64,000 nucleotides of DNA, from contig OX597830.1 in the NCBI GenBank assembly GCA_951406725.2, positions 3,534,001 through 3,598,000 of the forward strand, in the 5' to 3' direction. The notes beneath the pieces were generated by a model. It made no database searches, had not been told where the DNA came from, and saw only the letters and a program-made list of their open reading frames with translations. This document shows, one piece after another, positions 12,875-25,428 of this stretch. The translations under genes and the position numbers were made by a program. The DNA is from Octopus vulgaris. Its lineage: Eukaryota. Position 1 is the first letter of the stretch. Each line of letters begins with the position of its first letter.

Positions 12875-13260
12875 AGGCACAAGCGTGGCTGTAGGGAAAG
12901 AAGTTGCCTTCCCAACCACATAGTTCTAGGTTCAGTCCCAGTGTGTAGCACCTTGGGCAAGTGTCTTCTACTACAACCTTGGGCCAACTAAAGCCTTGTG
13001 AGTAGATTCGCTAGACAGAAACTGAAAGAAACCCATCATGTATATATGTGTGTGTGCTTGTCCTCCTACACTGCTTGAAAACTGGTGTTGGTGTGTTTAT
13101 ATGCCCACAACTTAGCAGTTCAACAAAAGAAACTGATAGAATGAGTACTAGGCTTAAGGAAAAAGTACTGACACAATGCGTTCAGCTAAACTTCTTCAGA
13201 GCAGTGCCCCAGCATGACCTCAAAGTAATGATTGAAACAAGTAAAAGATAGAAGATAAAG
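12875..13260 (+). mobile_element. CORE-like SINE, full length; inverted degraded head at ~12720-12850
   Basis: Same head, core and tail as 6049-6446. Confidence 0.8.
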
Positions 13261-13560
13261 ATACAGCAGAAGACTATAATCTTTGGTAAGAAATAGTGAC
13301 TAAATCTTCCTCAAATTATTATCTATATCATCTAACAGAGAAGGACACATTCAGGAATGTAGTACAAGATATACAGCATCTAACAAAAAAAAAATGAGAT
13401 GCTTAGCTTGTTAGAAATATCGGTCAAATATTCTTCAAATCACACCTTACTCTCTTTAAAAAGGAAGGATTTATTAGTTAATTTAGCCCTAGGTGTTCTC
13501 TATTTGGAACCAGACAGTAGAATCAGTGCCAAAGACTTCTAATCAAAGACTTCATTAGAG

Positions 13561-13915
13561 CAATATTTCTCAACCATTTTTTTTTTATGAACTGCTCTGA
13601 TTACTATTTTACTCTGGTGGACCCCCCCCCCCCAACAACCCATGTAGCCATCCGATGCTTAAAACCTGGTTTTATTGCTCTTTCTTTCAAGATTCTCATT
13701 CTGTTTTTCCCACCTTCGTGTCGGCTGAACTAAGTGAAACATTAGAGAAAGAAGAATCATGGCCGTTTCATGCAATAACCAGATTGAAATCAAGTTTGTT
13801 TCATTGATCTTTAAAATGCTAATATGAGACCCTGATTTACACTTTTGCTTGCATGAACTGCACAAAATCTTATGTGGACTTCAGGAACCTTAAGGACCCA
13901 GATTGAGAGCCATTG
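13561..13915. mobile_element. hAT-type MITE (diverged)
   Basis: Ends caatatttctcaacc / gattgagagccattg resemble CAGTGGTTCTCAACC TIRs. The 8-bp TSD is not preserved. Confidence 0.5.
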
Positions 13916-14019
13916 GACTGGAAGTTTATTGGGACAGGATTAGACTAGGAGCTAAACAACACTAAGAAATGCAAACTTTCTTAAAGTCTGTCTAAAGACA
14001 AATAGAATATACTGTTTTA

Positions 14020-14067
14020 ATATCATCATCATCATCATTATTATTACTATTTTTATCATTATTATTA

Positions 14068-14117
<50 letters not shown>

Positions 14118-14120
14118 GTA
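14020..14120. repeat. (ATC)n/(ATT)n microsatellite
   Basis: Directly visible. Confidence 0.95.
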
Positions 14121-15293
14121 ATAAACATCGAATGTTGATAATTTCATTAGTGCAGGGTTATATAGTTCAGCATTATACTTTCTCTAAAATTAACTTTGAA
14201 CAAGAATCTCTGTATTATAATGTATTAAGTCAACGAGTTAAGTGAAACTATCGTTTGGAAAATTCTAGTAATGTGCCAATCTCTATCATATCTAAGATGC
14301 CATAGAAAGAGTCGATGTACTCGTGAAGCCAGTGTAACTCTCTCGACATGCAGCAAAAGCAGCAGATGACGAATGGATTAAAATGTTTCTAATTATGTTA
14401 TTCTGGCAGTAATCCTTATAACAGCTTCAATAGAAATAAAGAAAAGAAAAAAATATCTGTCAGTTCTATGAATGAAATCTGGATGTTCAGGTCGTTTGAC
14501 TTTCAGTGTTGATACGATGGACTGATGGAAACCTTTGGAGAGAAACAAAAATTACACAAACAAACAAAAGAGACAAATGTCAATGAATATTAAAAAGAAA
14601 ATGAAAATAGAGGACAAAGACATGTTTTGTTATTATTTTTCACAAAATGACTGTTTAAAAAGACAAAATAATTCTCTGTTTATAAATGTCTGTTTTGTGT
14701 TTGTTTTCAAGGAAGGAAAGTTTTGTGTTTTTCAATGATGGCGAGAAAAGAATTGTTGTAGGTAGTTCTGTCAAGTAAAGTACTGGTGCATATTTCACCA
14801 TTATCTTGGAGATGGATAATAAATAAGGAAGCAATAATTGTAAAAGGTAATTGAAAATATATTATGCAATTTATGATCATCATCATCGTCATTAACATTA
14901 TCATTAGTATTATTATTATTATTATCATTTCTTTAGTCATTATAAACAACCAGACAATGTATCATTTATATATAAATCACTACATTTTTATTGATCACTT
15001 AACTTTTGATTTAGTTAAAATTGGTGAGGGTGGGGGGCGGATTTCTTATGAATAACTATTATTTATATTTTTTATTTTAATTTTTTTTTTCTAATTTCCA
15101 CATTGTCTAACAATCACAAAGAAATTCTCTATATTTTGCAGTAAAGCTCTTTTTATGACTTTTTCTATGAACCGAAGGAATACGTCAATATTCTCTGCAA
15201 TTATTCTGCGAGTCTTTTGTTTTACTGCATCTCTATCTAAGCTCATAAATTGCTGGATTGATTTTTCTCTCAATTCATTCATTCATTTATTCA

Positions 15294-15348
<55 letters not shown>

Positions 15349-16216
15349 TATCACAAGATCAGATTTACTTTTATAATCAAAAGTGACTAGAACATTTTTG
15401 CGTTTTTAATTTAGTAGTTATTCGCAAAAGCAATCTTTGTTCATTTCAATTCAAAAATCTTATAAAAAGTCTTACTTGTCAATTGTTTGGCGCGGTTGAG
15501 TATTGGTAACTATGAGGAAGAAAACTATTAAAATGAAATAAATAAAATATATAAAAAAAAAACTGAGAAAATGACCACTTTTAATTATCTCCCTTGGTGG
15601 GTCAAGCAAATTTGTAAATGAAATTTGATATCATTATTATTATTATCACTATCATCATTATTATTATTATCATTATTATTATAAAATAAAAACAATTGAA
15701 AAATAAAATAAGCCATCGCCATCGTTATTCCTGATTGATGTTTTTTAGTACAAACTTAGATTATCAAGAAAGCATTTTATGAGAAATTGAGAAATTAACT
15801 TTCAGTAAAAGTTGTCAATAACAATACAGAAGTAGTTGCAGTAGTAGTAGTAGTATCTAAATAAAGAAATATTGGTTGGCTGGGCAAACATTGGAATGTT
15901 AGTTCCATAACATAAAAAAATACCATTTCTACTGTCGGTCACTATATTGATTTCCAGATATGACAGAAGGGATGAATTGTTTTGCTTTCCTTTTTGTAAG
16001 TTTATTTAACAACAGGCCAGGGTTATAGTTGAATTAATCCTCCCCAATACAATATTGGGGATTAGCTTGTCAGCTATGAAAATGAAAGGGAAAGCTGAAA
16101 GGAACAGAATTTGAAATTGGGAACTAAAGACAATGAATAAAATTACTTACAATGTTTGGTCAATAATTCTCTTATTTGTGCCATTTTATTCTTCCTGTGT
16201 ATCTGTTGCATATATA

Positions 16217-16258
<42 letters not shown>

Positions 16259-17222
16259 GAAGCAGTGTTATAATTATGACTCAGTTTCTGTTAGAGACGG
16301 AGGGGCAATCTAAAATCTATGTGTTATTTCATTATCTCCATCATCGTCTTTGAGACAAGCATGGCTGTTACATCTTGCTTTCGTATTCTATTAAAATATG
16401 AAACCAAGTCGCGTACATATTAAGCAAAGTAGTTTTAAGCATTTTTTATATCAAATAATTCTAATTATTTTCTTTTCTCATAATTCTCACCATTACAGGA
16501 AGGGCCTCAGGTTACAAAACCTTGTTTCAGACAACTTGTCCAATCCCCAAAGCTGCTGTGGAAAAGCAACTTGGATTGCATATGTTTTCTAGGTGATATT
16601 TAGAATGAAACTGTATTTGAAAGTTTGAAGTTGAGATGTTGTCTTTAAATAACAGAAAGATACACTGAAATGTTGTTTAAAATGAAATCATTATTTAAAT
16701 TTGATTTCCAATTTTGATAGATATTTCCTCTCAATCTATTTCTTTTGCAGGAAAACAAAAGGAAGTGATTCAAACTGATTATTACCATTTACCTTCATTG
16801 TTTGTCAATTAATTATCCAATGGCAATTTTCAAAGGTTTTTGAGAATTTTACAGTAACAGCATGTCTTTGTATTGTTCACTGAATCAAAATTTAAGATGT
16901 TTCATGCATAATCAAGAGACTAGAAACGAAACAATAAATATCCCACCATTTAATATTTAGTGAATTGTTTTTCTCATTTGCTTTAACCAGAAATTATTTC
17001 AAAGGGTTGAGGAATACTCTTGCTACTCCACATAAGTCATAGAAATTTAAGATTCTAAACAATTATGCTTGCAAATAAGCCACAGTGTTATGCTAAAGAA
17101 GAAAAAAAACTGTTATGAAAAGTTGCATGTGGTCTATGTAGAGATCTGTGCTTAACATTTGCAGCATATACACAGAGGCCAGAGTATTTTGGTCAAATAA
17201 CTAGTGTACTAGTGATGCCATA

Positions 17223-17970
17223 TCTTTTATCTTTCACTTGTTTCAGTCATTTGACTGTGGCCATGCTGGAGCACCGCTTTGAAGGGATTTAGTTGAGGAA
17301 ATCAACCCCAGGACTAATTATTTTTTTTGAGCCTTGTACTTATTCTATCAGTCTCTTTTGCTTAACTTGCTAGTTACTGAGACGTAGACATGCCAACACC
17401 AGTTGTCAAGCGTTGGTGGGGCACAAATGCAGACACAAAGACACACACACATAGATACATACATACATACATACATACATACATACATACATACATACAT
17501 ACATACATACATACATACATACATACATACATACATACATACATACATACATACATACATACATACATACGTGTGTGTGTGTGTGTGTAATTAGCAGTTT
17601 AGCAATCAAAAAGAAAATTATATTTGCCATTAAAAATGACAGGTGTTAGAAACAGCTACAATGCCAGAAATTTCTAGCTCTTGTTTCTAGCATTGTAGGT
17701 GTTCATAACACCCTCTGTCATTTTTAATGACAATTATATATATATATATATATATATATATGATTATACATATGTGTGTGAGTGTGTGTATGATTATGTT
17801 TGTGTGTAAGTTTGTGTATATGATAGGTGTCTTTCAGTTTCCATCTACCAAATCTACTCACAAGGCTTTGATCAGCCCTAGATTAAAGTAAAAGAAACTT
17901 GCCCAAGGTGCCACACAGTGGGACTGAACCCGGAACCATATGGTTGGGAAGCAAGCTTCTTACCACACAC
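17223..17970 (-). mobile_element. CORE-like SINE with expanded central (TACA)n/(TA)n spacer carrying a nested hairpin
   Basis: Tail at 17223-17450 and head at 17820-17970, with (TACA)n at 17455-17570 and a hairpin at 17624-17733 between them. Confidence 0.75.
17624..17733. repeat. Fold-back hairpin next to (TA)n
   Basis: ttgccattaaaaatgacaggtgttagaaacagctacaatgccagaaa (17624-17670) pairs with 17684-17733. Confidence 0.85.
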
Positions 17971-18034
17971 CCAAAACTGAATTTGACATTGGAACCAACA
18001 AAAAAATTAAATGTATCTATGAAGAAAGAACAAC

Positions 18035-18395
18035 CATGTGGCTGTGTGGTAAGTAGCTTGCTTATCAACCACATGGTCCCAGGTTCAGTCCCACTGCATG
18101 GCACCTTGGGCAAGTGTCTTCTACTATAGCCTCATGCCAACCAAAGTCTTGTGAGTGGATTTTGTAGATGGAAACTAGAAGAAGTCCATCATATATGTAT
18201 ATATATATATGTGTATATGTTTGTGTGTTTGTCCTCCTAACATTGCTTAACACCCCATAACTTAGCGGTTCAGCAAAAGACACCGATAAAATAAGTACTA
18301 AGCTTACAAAGAATAAAGCTCTGGGGTCGATTTACTCAACTAAAGATGGTGCTCCAGCATGGCTGCAGTCAAATGACTGAAACAAGTAAAAGAGT
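18035..18395 (+). mobile_element. CORE-like SINE, full length
   Basis: Head gtggctgtgtggtaagtagcttg; core accttgggcaagtgtctt; tail ggtgctccagcatggctgcagtcaaatgactgaaacaag. Confidence 0.88.
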
Positions 18396-18705
18396 ATCTG
18401 AACTAATATCTGTAATTCTGTTTCTTTGTGAGCAAAATTTATACAAACAGTTTTCTCTATTAGGTGGGTGGGTGTGATCTGGATGTCCATTATTTGGTGT
18501 AATACATCCTGGAGTCAGTCAAGGATGGCATTTTATAGACATCATCTGGTTTACTCATTCTGAGCAGAGATCAAGAAAGACATTGATACGGCATTTATAC
18601 TTCCAGGATTTTGCTTGTTTGGGCAGTGATTTTCACTTATATATATATATGAAGCTACATACATGTTGATGGTGATTTTATCCTTCTTTGGTCTTGTACA
18701 TTTTC

Positions 18706-18741
18706 CTTTCTGACAAAGAGCTATGCTTGAAACATCAAAAG
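18706..18741 (+). ncRNA. Decayed minimal hammerhead ribozyme in a Penelope-like pLTR fragment
   Basis: cttt-CTGACAA-a-gagc tat gctt-GAAA-catc-aaaag. The deviations from CTGACGA/GCTC/GAAACGTC are all CpG-type transitions. Confidence 0.6.
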
Positions 18742-18866
18742 CTCTCTCTTCTTACCTAGCGTTAAACTAATACATTCCATGTACACGTTCTCTTGTTGTT
18801 ATTGTTATTTTTAATGTTTGTTTATTTAATTTGACTATATAGAGAGATAGATTGATAGATAGATAG

Positions 18867-18931
<65 letters not shown>

Positions 18932-19181
18932 TACACACACACACACATATATATATAGTATGTAATCCCTCCTCATATCTCTGGAAATTCATATGTGCAC
19001 TATGGATTAAGTCACCTTCTCTGTGATGCTATTAAAACTTTTTTAAAATTCTGTGATAAGACTGTACATCATCTTTAAAGAACTTTAATGAACTTTGGAA
19101 ATCTGTTTATGTTACTTAATTATCTACATTACTTCATGAGTATAGCCTCAACCACTAGGATGTCTAGAGAACTCACATGTA

Positions 19182-19272
19182 TTTTAGCTGATGAGTACGG
19201 GACACGTTTATATGCTGCAATTTTTGCAACTTTTAATAAAGCCTGTCCTTGTATGAAACGATTGTACTAAAA
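19182..19272 (+). ncRNA. Type I hammerhead ribozyme (minimal stem III, PLE-type), core intact
   Basis: Stem I TTTTAG(19182-87)/CTAAAA(19267-72); core CTGATGA(19188-94); stem II GTACGGGACA.../...TGTCCTTGTAT; GAAA(19255-58); stem III C-GATT-G; cleavage triplet GTA ending at 19266. Confidence 0.8.
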
Positions 19273-19354
19273 ACCTATCCATTCTTGTTGCTTCTTTCTC
19301 GCGTATATATATATATATATATATATTTATTTATTTATTTTATCTAGTTTCAGC

Positions 19355-21306
19355 TCACGAGCTGTGACCATGCTGGGGCACCGCCATTTGCTTTTTAGCA
19401 ACTGCCATTTGGAGCAGGAGAGAGTTCGATGCAGCTGCCCTCATCTGCACCTCCTGCCGTGAAGTTGGTTCATCTGGGATACCTGAAAGGAAAAGATCCA
19501 GTTTTATTTTAAAGACATCTGCATCCACCCCATGCAGGTCTCTCAGGATTTTCGGGAGGATATTGAAGAGCTGTGGACCTCTGAAGCCCAGGCTATCACA
19601 GTATCTTGTCCTATATCTTGATGGCAAATTTGGAGTCCTTGGCACCATGCAGTGGCGCCCAGTTCTGGCATTTGTGTAGCTCTCGATGCCAAAGTTTGGG
19701 ACAAGTCCTTCTATGATCTTCCAGATGTATATTATGGCATATCTTTCTCGCCTACACTCTAAGGAATAGAGTCTTAATCTCTTGAGTCTTTCCCAGTAGC
19801 TTATATGCTGCACAGAGGCTATCTTCTTCGTGTAGCTTCGTTGGATCGCCTCAAGTTCTGTGATTAACTTGACACTGGATGGTGACCATAGCTGAGAGCA
19901 ATAGTCAAAGTGGCTTAGGACAAGTGTCCTCCAGAGGACCATCATGGTTTCCTGGTCTCTTGTTCTAAAGGTTCTAAGAATCCATCCGGTCAGCCGCCTA
20001 CATTTCATTGCCAATTTAGCAACATGCACATGAAAGGTTGCGTCATCACTCATGTAAATACCCAGGTCACGCACTGATTGTGCCTCTGGGATTGCAATCC
20101 CTCCAGGTCCAGTGTATTCATTGGGTATTGCATTTAGTTTTGCATGCTGATAGCATAAAGCTTGAAACTTTTCAGCATTGAACTGCATGCTATTCTTTTC
20201 AGCCCACTTGTATATTTTGTCCAGCTCACATTGCAGGTGCTTAGTGTCTTCAGGGTTCTGTATTGCCTGTAAAACTTTTGTATCATCTGCATAACTTGTG
20301 ATCATAGCTCTCTGCGTGGCTGTGGGCATGTCTGAGAGGGCCATTATAAACAGTAGTGGTCCCAAAACAGTAGTGGTCCCAATTTTCCAACTATGCCAAG
20401 ATCACACAGTTTGTGACATATCTTTCCATGATCGACTTTATCAAAGGCCTTTGCAAAGACAAGATATATGACTTCCACATTTGAGTGGTTGAGCAGTCGT
20501 TTCAGCACCCAGTCATAGTGTTGTAGGAGCTGAGTTAAGCAGCTTCTTCCTGGTCGGAAACCATGTTGGGTGTCTGGCAGCAAGTCATTTTCTTCAAGGA
20601 AGGTGATTAGTTTCCTTCTGACTATTCGTTCCATGACCTTGCTGATGTGTGAGGTCAGAGAGATAGGTCTGTAGTTCTTGGCCTCCGCTCTGCTACTTCC
20701 TTTATGAATAGGTCATATTTTACCTTCATTCAGTTTTCTTGGAAGTTTGCCAGTTGCAAGGAAGCTCTGAAAGAGGAACTGCAGTGGTCTTGCTAGGACT
20801 CGCTTACATACTTTTAGAAGGATTGCTGGGAATCCAACAGGGCCAGTAGCTGAGTTTGTTTTCATTTCATCTATAGCCCTTATTACACCGTCTTCCTTTA
20901 TATTGATGTAATCAATCATCATTGCCTCTGATTTTAAATCTGCAGTGCTAAAGAGGTCAGTTGGATTGGTGATTTGGAAATGCCCAAGGGGTGGAGGGAA
21001 AATCCTTTTGAATTGCTCATTTAGAATTTCACTTATCCTCTTTGGATTTCCTGTGAGTGTACCATCTTTTTCAAGGAGTGGCCCTATCCTGCAGTGCACC
21101 ATAGCTGTTTCTTTGGCATACCTGTAGAAAGCTCTGGGGTTAGATTTTATGTTGTCTATAGCCCAGGCTTCTTTGTCTGCTCTTTTTTTTTCATGGGAGA
21201 GTCGCAGACATTTTTCCCTTTCCAACAGTTTTATTTTCAGGCGGGACTTTTCACTGCTTTCAATTTGTTTGTTTAGGTGATTTGAAACTTTTGTATGCTG
21301 TCTCAT
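19355..21306 (-). pseudogene. Reverse transcriptase (LINE ORF2) in three frameshifted pieces
   Basis: ORFs 20713-21306, 20344-20634 and 19355-20365. The G.PQG segment is missing at a junction bearing a duplicated aaacagtagtggtccc. Confidence 0.88.
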
Positions 21307-21468
21307 TAGAATTTTCCTCTCTCTGGGGATTTTGTTCTTGTGTACAGTGGCCTTTCTCTCTGGGACATGTATGTAGCATGTATGTTACCTGCCCTGGTTG
21401 GTTGGAGTATTACTTTCTCCATGTACAGAGTGTTGATGAGGTTCAGGAGGGACCTCGCTTGTCCTCGT

Positions 21469-21960
21469 TCACATCGTGTCATTCCTGGGCCATCTGACAT
21501 TGGGTTGATTGAAGTCTCCCATAAGAAGTACACTTATGTGTTGTTTTAATGTGACTAGAACTTCTTCTATTTTTATAAGGCAGTCTTCAAACTTGCCTAC
21601 ATGGCTTGGGGCATCTGGAGGGCGATATGTAGCACATATAACTACACCAAGTTGCTTTATATGTACAATTAGTGTGTCACACACCGAATTTGAGTATGAC
21701 AAAAGGACCTGGGGTGTGAGGTCCTCGCGGATGTACATAGCAACTCCTCCATGACTCCTTTCTTTTCTGTCGGTCCGTAGTACAACATACTGTGGTATGT
21801 GTAACTCCGCATCTGCTATGTCCGGTTTCAGGTGCGTTTCCGTAAGTGCTATGCATAAGGCTTGATTGCATGCAACAAAGTCTCTCAAGAACGGGATTTT
21901 TGTCCTGTTACTGAGTGTTAGCAGTCCTCTGATGTTCAGTAGGAGCATCGAGGTGATGTG
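21469..21960 (-). pseudogene. AP-endonuclease domain of LINE ORF2
   Basis: Motifs within ORF 21469-22113, starting at MLLLNIRGL. Confidence 0.85.
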
Positions 21961-22327
21961 TATGCTGTTGCCGGTGGTGTCCACCTTGGGTCTATTTGCT
22001 GTAAAGCCATAAGCAGTAAATATGAGAAACAGAATGTGAATTATGAATGTGTTAAAGATTGATATTTTAAGTACAAACTGGAGCAACTTACCTGCTACTG
22101 CAATAAATTTCATGCAAATAAATGCAGTAAAAGTTTTTAGGAAGACAGATATAGATGCTAAAATGAACTAAATTATTTGATTTTCTCTCTGGTGAATTTC
22201 TATTAGGAGATATCCTACATGTTTATTTTATATGTACACTTTTGTAACTTCTATTGGGAAATGAAACATGTGTAATGGTGAATAAACAATACCAAACTAT
22301 TTTACAATCTCCTATTTTGATAGACAT

Positions 22328-22377
<50 letters not shown>

Positions 22378-22389
22378 TGACTCACAAAA

Positions 22390-22960
22390 ACAGGTTTCTT
22401 TCATGAACTGCCTGAGAAAGCTGTTGAAGGTCATCTGGCAAGACAATGTCCCCAGACACAGAGGTCCTCTCTTGAGCTGTTCTGCCAAGCATTTTCACAT
22501 TGCTGAGGAGAGTGCAAATCAGGTGAGAAAGTCACTTTGCTTGCATGCCTGAAACACAACTTCCCAAGAAACTGTTTTACTGAAAACTAGTGGAAGGCAT
22601 GTACACTCAAAGTAGATAGAAGAAGCATTTCAAAGATACACACAAAGCCTGGCTGAAGAGCTTTGAGCTCAATCCCAACACCTGGGAAATGCAGGTGCAT
22701 GACTGCCATGTCTGGCAAGGCTGTATCAACAGAGGTGTCACCTTTTACTACAAACAAAATAGGGTTGTAGGGACACAAAGAAAACATCAACTGCACAAGT
22801 TCAGAGTCAACTTCTTGCTTTCGGTCTCAGGAGACCGACAATGCCTGACCTGTGACAGAGTCCTCTGAATTGGACTGATCGGCCACAGCCAGACAAACCA
22901 TACATCGTCTTCTCCCATGGGATGTCCTCAATCATTGTTGATAACAGATGAACTAACCAT
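22390..22960 (+). mobile_element. RTE LINE 3' fragment
   Basis: FHMNCLRKLLKVIWQDNV, TEVL, LPKKLFY, KKHFKDT..LKSFELNPNTWE, and terminal IGLIGHSQT. Confidence 0.8.
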
Positions 22961-23788
22961 GTCCACTAAACAAGGCTTGTGCTTGTGTGTGTATATGTGT
23001 GTGTGTGTGAGATGGAGAAGGGATAGTTGTGTATGTGCCAGTCATACAAGCTGTGTCATTTGTTAGCAATCTTCTATAAAAACCATGGGGAAAACTACCT
23101 TGCTTTGATAGGAACAGGAATTTGCAACAAGGTCATCCAGCCATAGAAAATCTACCTCAACAAATTCCATCAGACCCATGCAAGCACGGAAAAGAGGGCT
23201 TTAAAGCGATTATGAGGATGTATTGAGAATGCAAGTACGACTGTGGATAAATGCAGAAATATATTTTACTCTACACTGCTGTTGGCCCTTTCCACCACTA
23301 AATATTTATTATTATTTATCCCTTGAGAATTCTAACAATAACATGAAATATATAATTGATTTGTTTATTGGATGTCTGTTTGCCCATGCTAGCATGGTTT
23401 GGTTGAGAATTGATTTCAAGATATAGGAGTTTAAGTCTCAATGCTCTTCCTGTTGTCAAAGAGATTTTTATATTCCACAGTTGCTGTCAACCATGGCTGT
23501 CAAAATCAGTGCCGTTTTACTTCAAACAATCACAAATGGAATAACAACAATTGCATATATTCACACATGCACACACACACATGCATTCATTAATTTTTTT
23601 TGTAACTTATATATAAAAACAATTTCATATTAAATGGAAGAATCATTCAATACTTTTTAGTACGTATCTATTCACATGCAAAGGACTGAAACATTTTCAT
23701 TATAAAAATTAATATATCTGCATACATATATACATAGTACTCCATTTTAATATATTAACCACACACACACACACGCACACACACACAA

Positions 23789-23809
<21 letters not shown>

Positions 23810-23833
<24 letters not shown>

Positions 23834-23994
23834 CTGCAGGTTTAATATACTTACCATGTACACACATGTATAAACCATACATATATATAGATAGATATAC
23901 ACACTGCAGGTTTAATGCAGTTACCATATATATACACACACAAATACACAAATTTATATATATACATACACTTCAGGCTTTATGCAGTGTCTGT

Positions 23995-24025
<31 letters not shown>

Positions 24026-24100
24026 AATACACAAATTTATATATATACATATACTTCAGGCTTCATGCAGTTTCTGTACACACACACACATACATGCATT
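23810..24100. repeat. Microsatellite-embedded tandem duplications
   Basis: actgcaggtttaat occurs twice and caaatacacaaatttatatatatacata.acttcaggctt.atgcagt occurs twice, separated by (CA)/(TA). Confidence 0.85.
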
Positions 24101-25224
24101 CACATTGATATTGATATTCTCCTTCTCTGTACTGCATGAAATGAATTGTTTTACTAATTCAATGTTAATTTACAAGCATACATCTTAAATGTTCATAAAT
24201 TGATATACAGGTAAATTACTTATGCTTTCTTATCTAATAATGCCATCTTATTTCCTCAAAAGAAACATGAGAGTAAACATTTTCATTTCAAGACAAGATT
24301 GCGAAAAGCCATTATTTCAAATTCTCACATGGAAATGTTATTATCTGCTCTGATCAATTAGTTTCTGCTAGCTATGTTGTCATTATGTATAGATATTTGT
24401 TCTTCCTTCTTTCATTTAAATGGTTTTTTTCTTCTAGTGTGTATTGGCCCCAGTCCTACTGATTAACATGTCCTACAGCTTTCTCTTTTGCTTTAAATAA
24501 ATCAATGATTGTATATCTATGTGTATCTAGTTATTTATATTTTACTCCTATTGATGTTTATCAGCATCACAACATGTGACATTCTACTGTAATAGAATGT
24601 GCCACAGAAATCTATCTTCAGTTGTAAACTAATAAAGAGAGGCAGTGGTGTAATGAATGCTCACTCATACTTCCTGGCTTCACCAATTTTCTTACACAAA
24701 AACTTTCTTTTAAAGATAGATTGACATGACCATCTACAGATACTGTCTGATTAAGTGAAATGAAGTCATATTAACTTACATATGTCATAAGAAGAATACC
24801 ATAGCTACAGTCTGGTAATTATGTAATGTTTGTAGATTCCTGAATAAAAATGCAGATTTCTGTGAAATGAGGTTAAACTATAATCCTCAGATATCAATAT
24901 TGTTGGACATAAATAAAAACCAAATTCTTTGTTGGAATATGGCTGTCTTTTAATGCTGTAAATACAATGAGCTGTGATTTACTCCAACTCTCTAATCACT
25001 TTACCTTCATTGTTAATATAATAATTAAGAATAAAATCTGTTTTTACTCTATTTTATCTGTGGAATTATTTTGCTTATTTTCTTTAACAGTAGGAACAAC
25101 CTAAGACAATCACTGCATTGCCTCAAATGAGATTCAGATTAGGAAGTCAAATAGCCATGTTATCTTTCTAGTTTCTCCTGACACTTTGTCAAATGAGATG
25201 CTAAAGAATTCGAGGACTCATCCC

Positions 25225-25428
25225 TCACAACCACTTGACAGACAGTGTTGGTGTGTTTATGTCTCAGTAATTTAGAAGTTCAGTAAAAGAGACTGATACA
25301 ATAAGTACCAGGATTTAAAGAAACAATTCCTGGGGTCAATTTACTCAACTAAAAACTCTTCAAGCTGCCACAGCATGGTGCCCCAGCATGGCCACAGTCT
25401 AATGACTGAAACAAGTGAAAGATAACAG
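25225..25428 (+). mobile_element. 3' half of CORE-like SINE
   Basis: Tail ggtgccccagcatggccacagtctaatgactgaaacaag. Confidence 0.75.

Larger units (their letters stand above)
19325..22000 (-). mobile_element. CR1-group LINE (APE + RT), rearranged and internally deleted
   Basis: APE motifs LLNIRGL, ALTETHL, HGGVAMY, TYRPPD, GDFN. RT motifs QHGFRPGRSCLTQLL, FAKAFDKVDH, YADD. C-terminal SYWERLKRLRLYSL. 3' tail (TAAA)n at 19325-19343. Confidence 0.9.

Noticed and set aside
16735-16840. Plus-strand splice acceptor tttcttttgcag and putative exon (similar sites at ~2306, ~25090, ~49819)
   Set aside because: No matching strong donor or recognisable peptide; such sites are frequent by chance in AT-rich DNA.
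18035-18110. tRNA gene
   Set aside because: It is a SINE head with A/B-box-like motifs and no full cloverleaf, and it continues into the SINE core.
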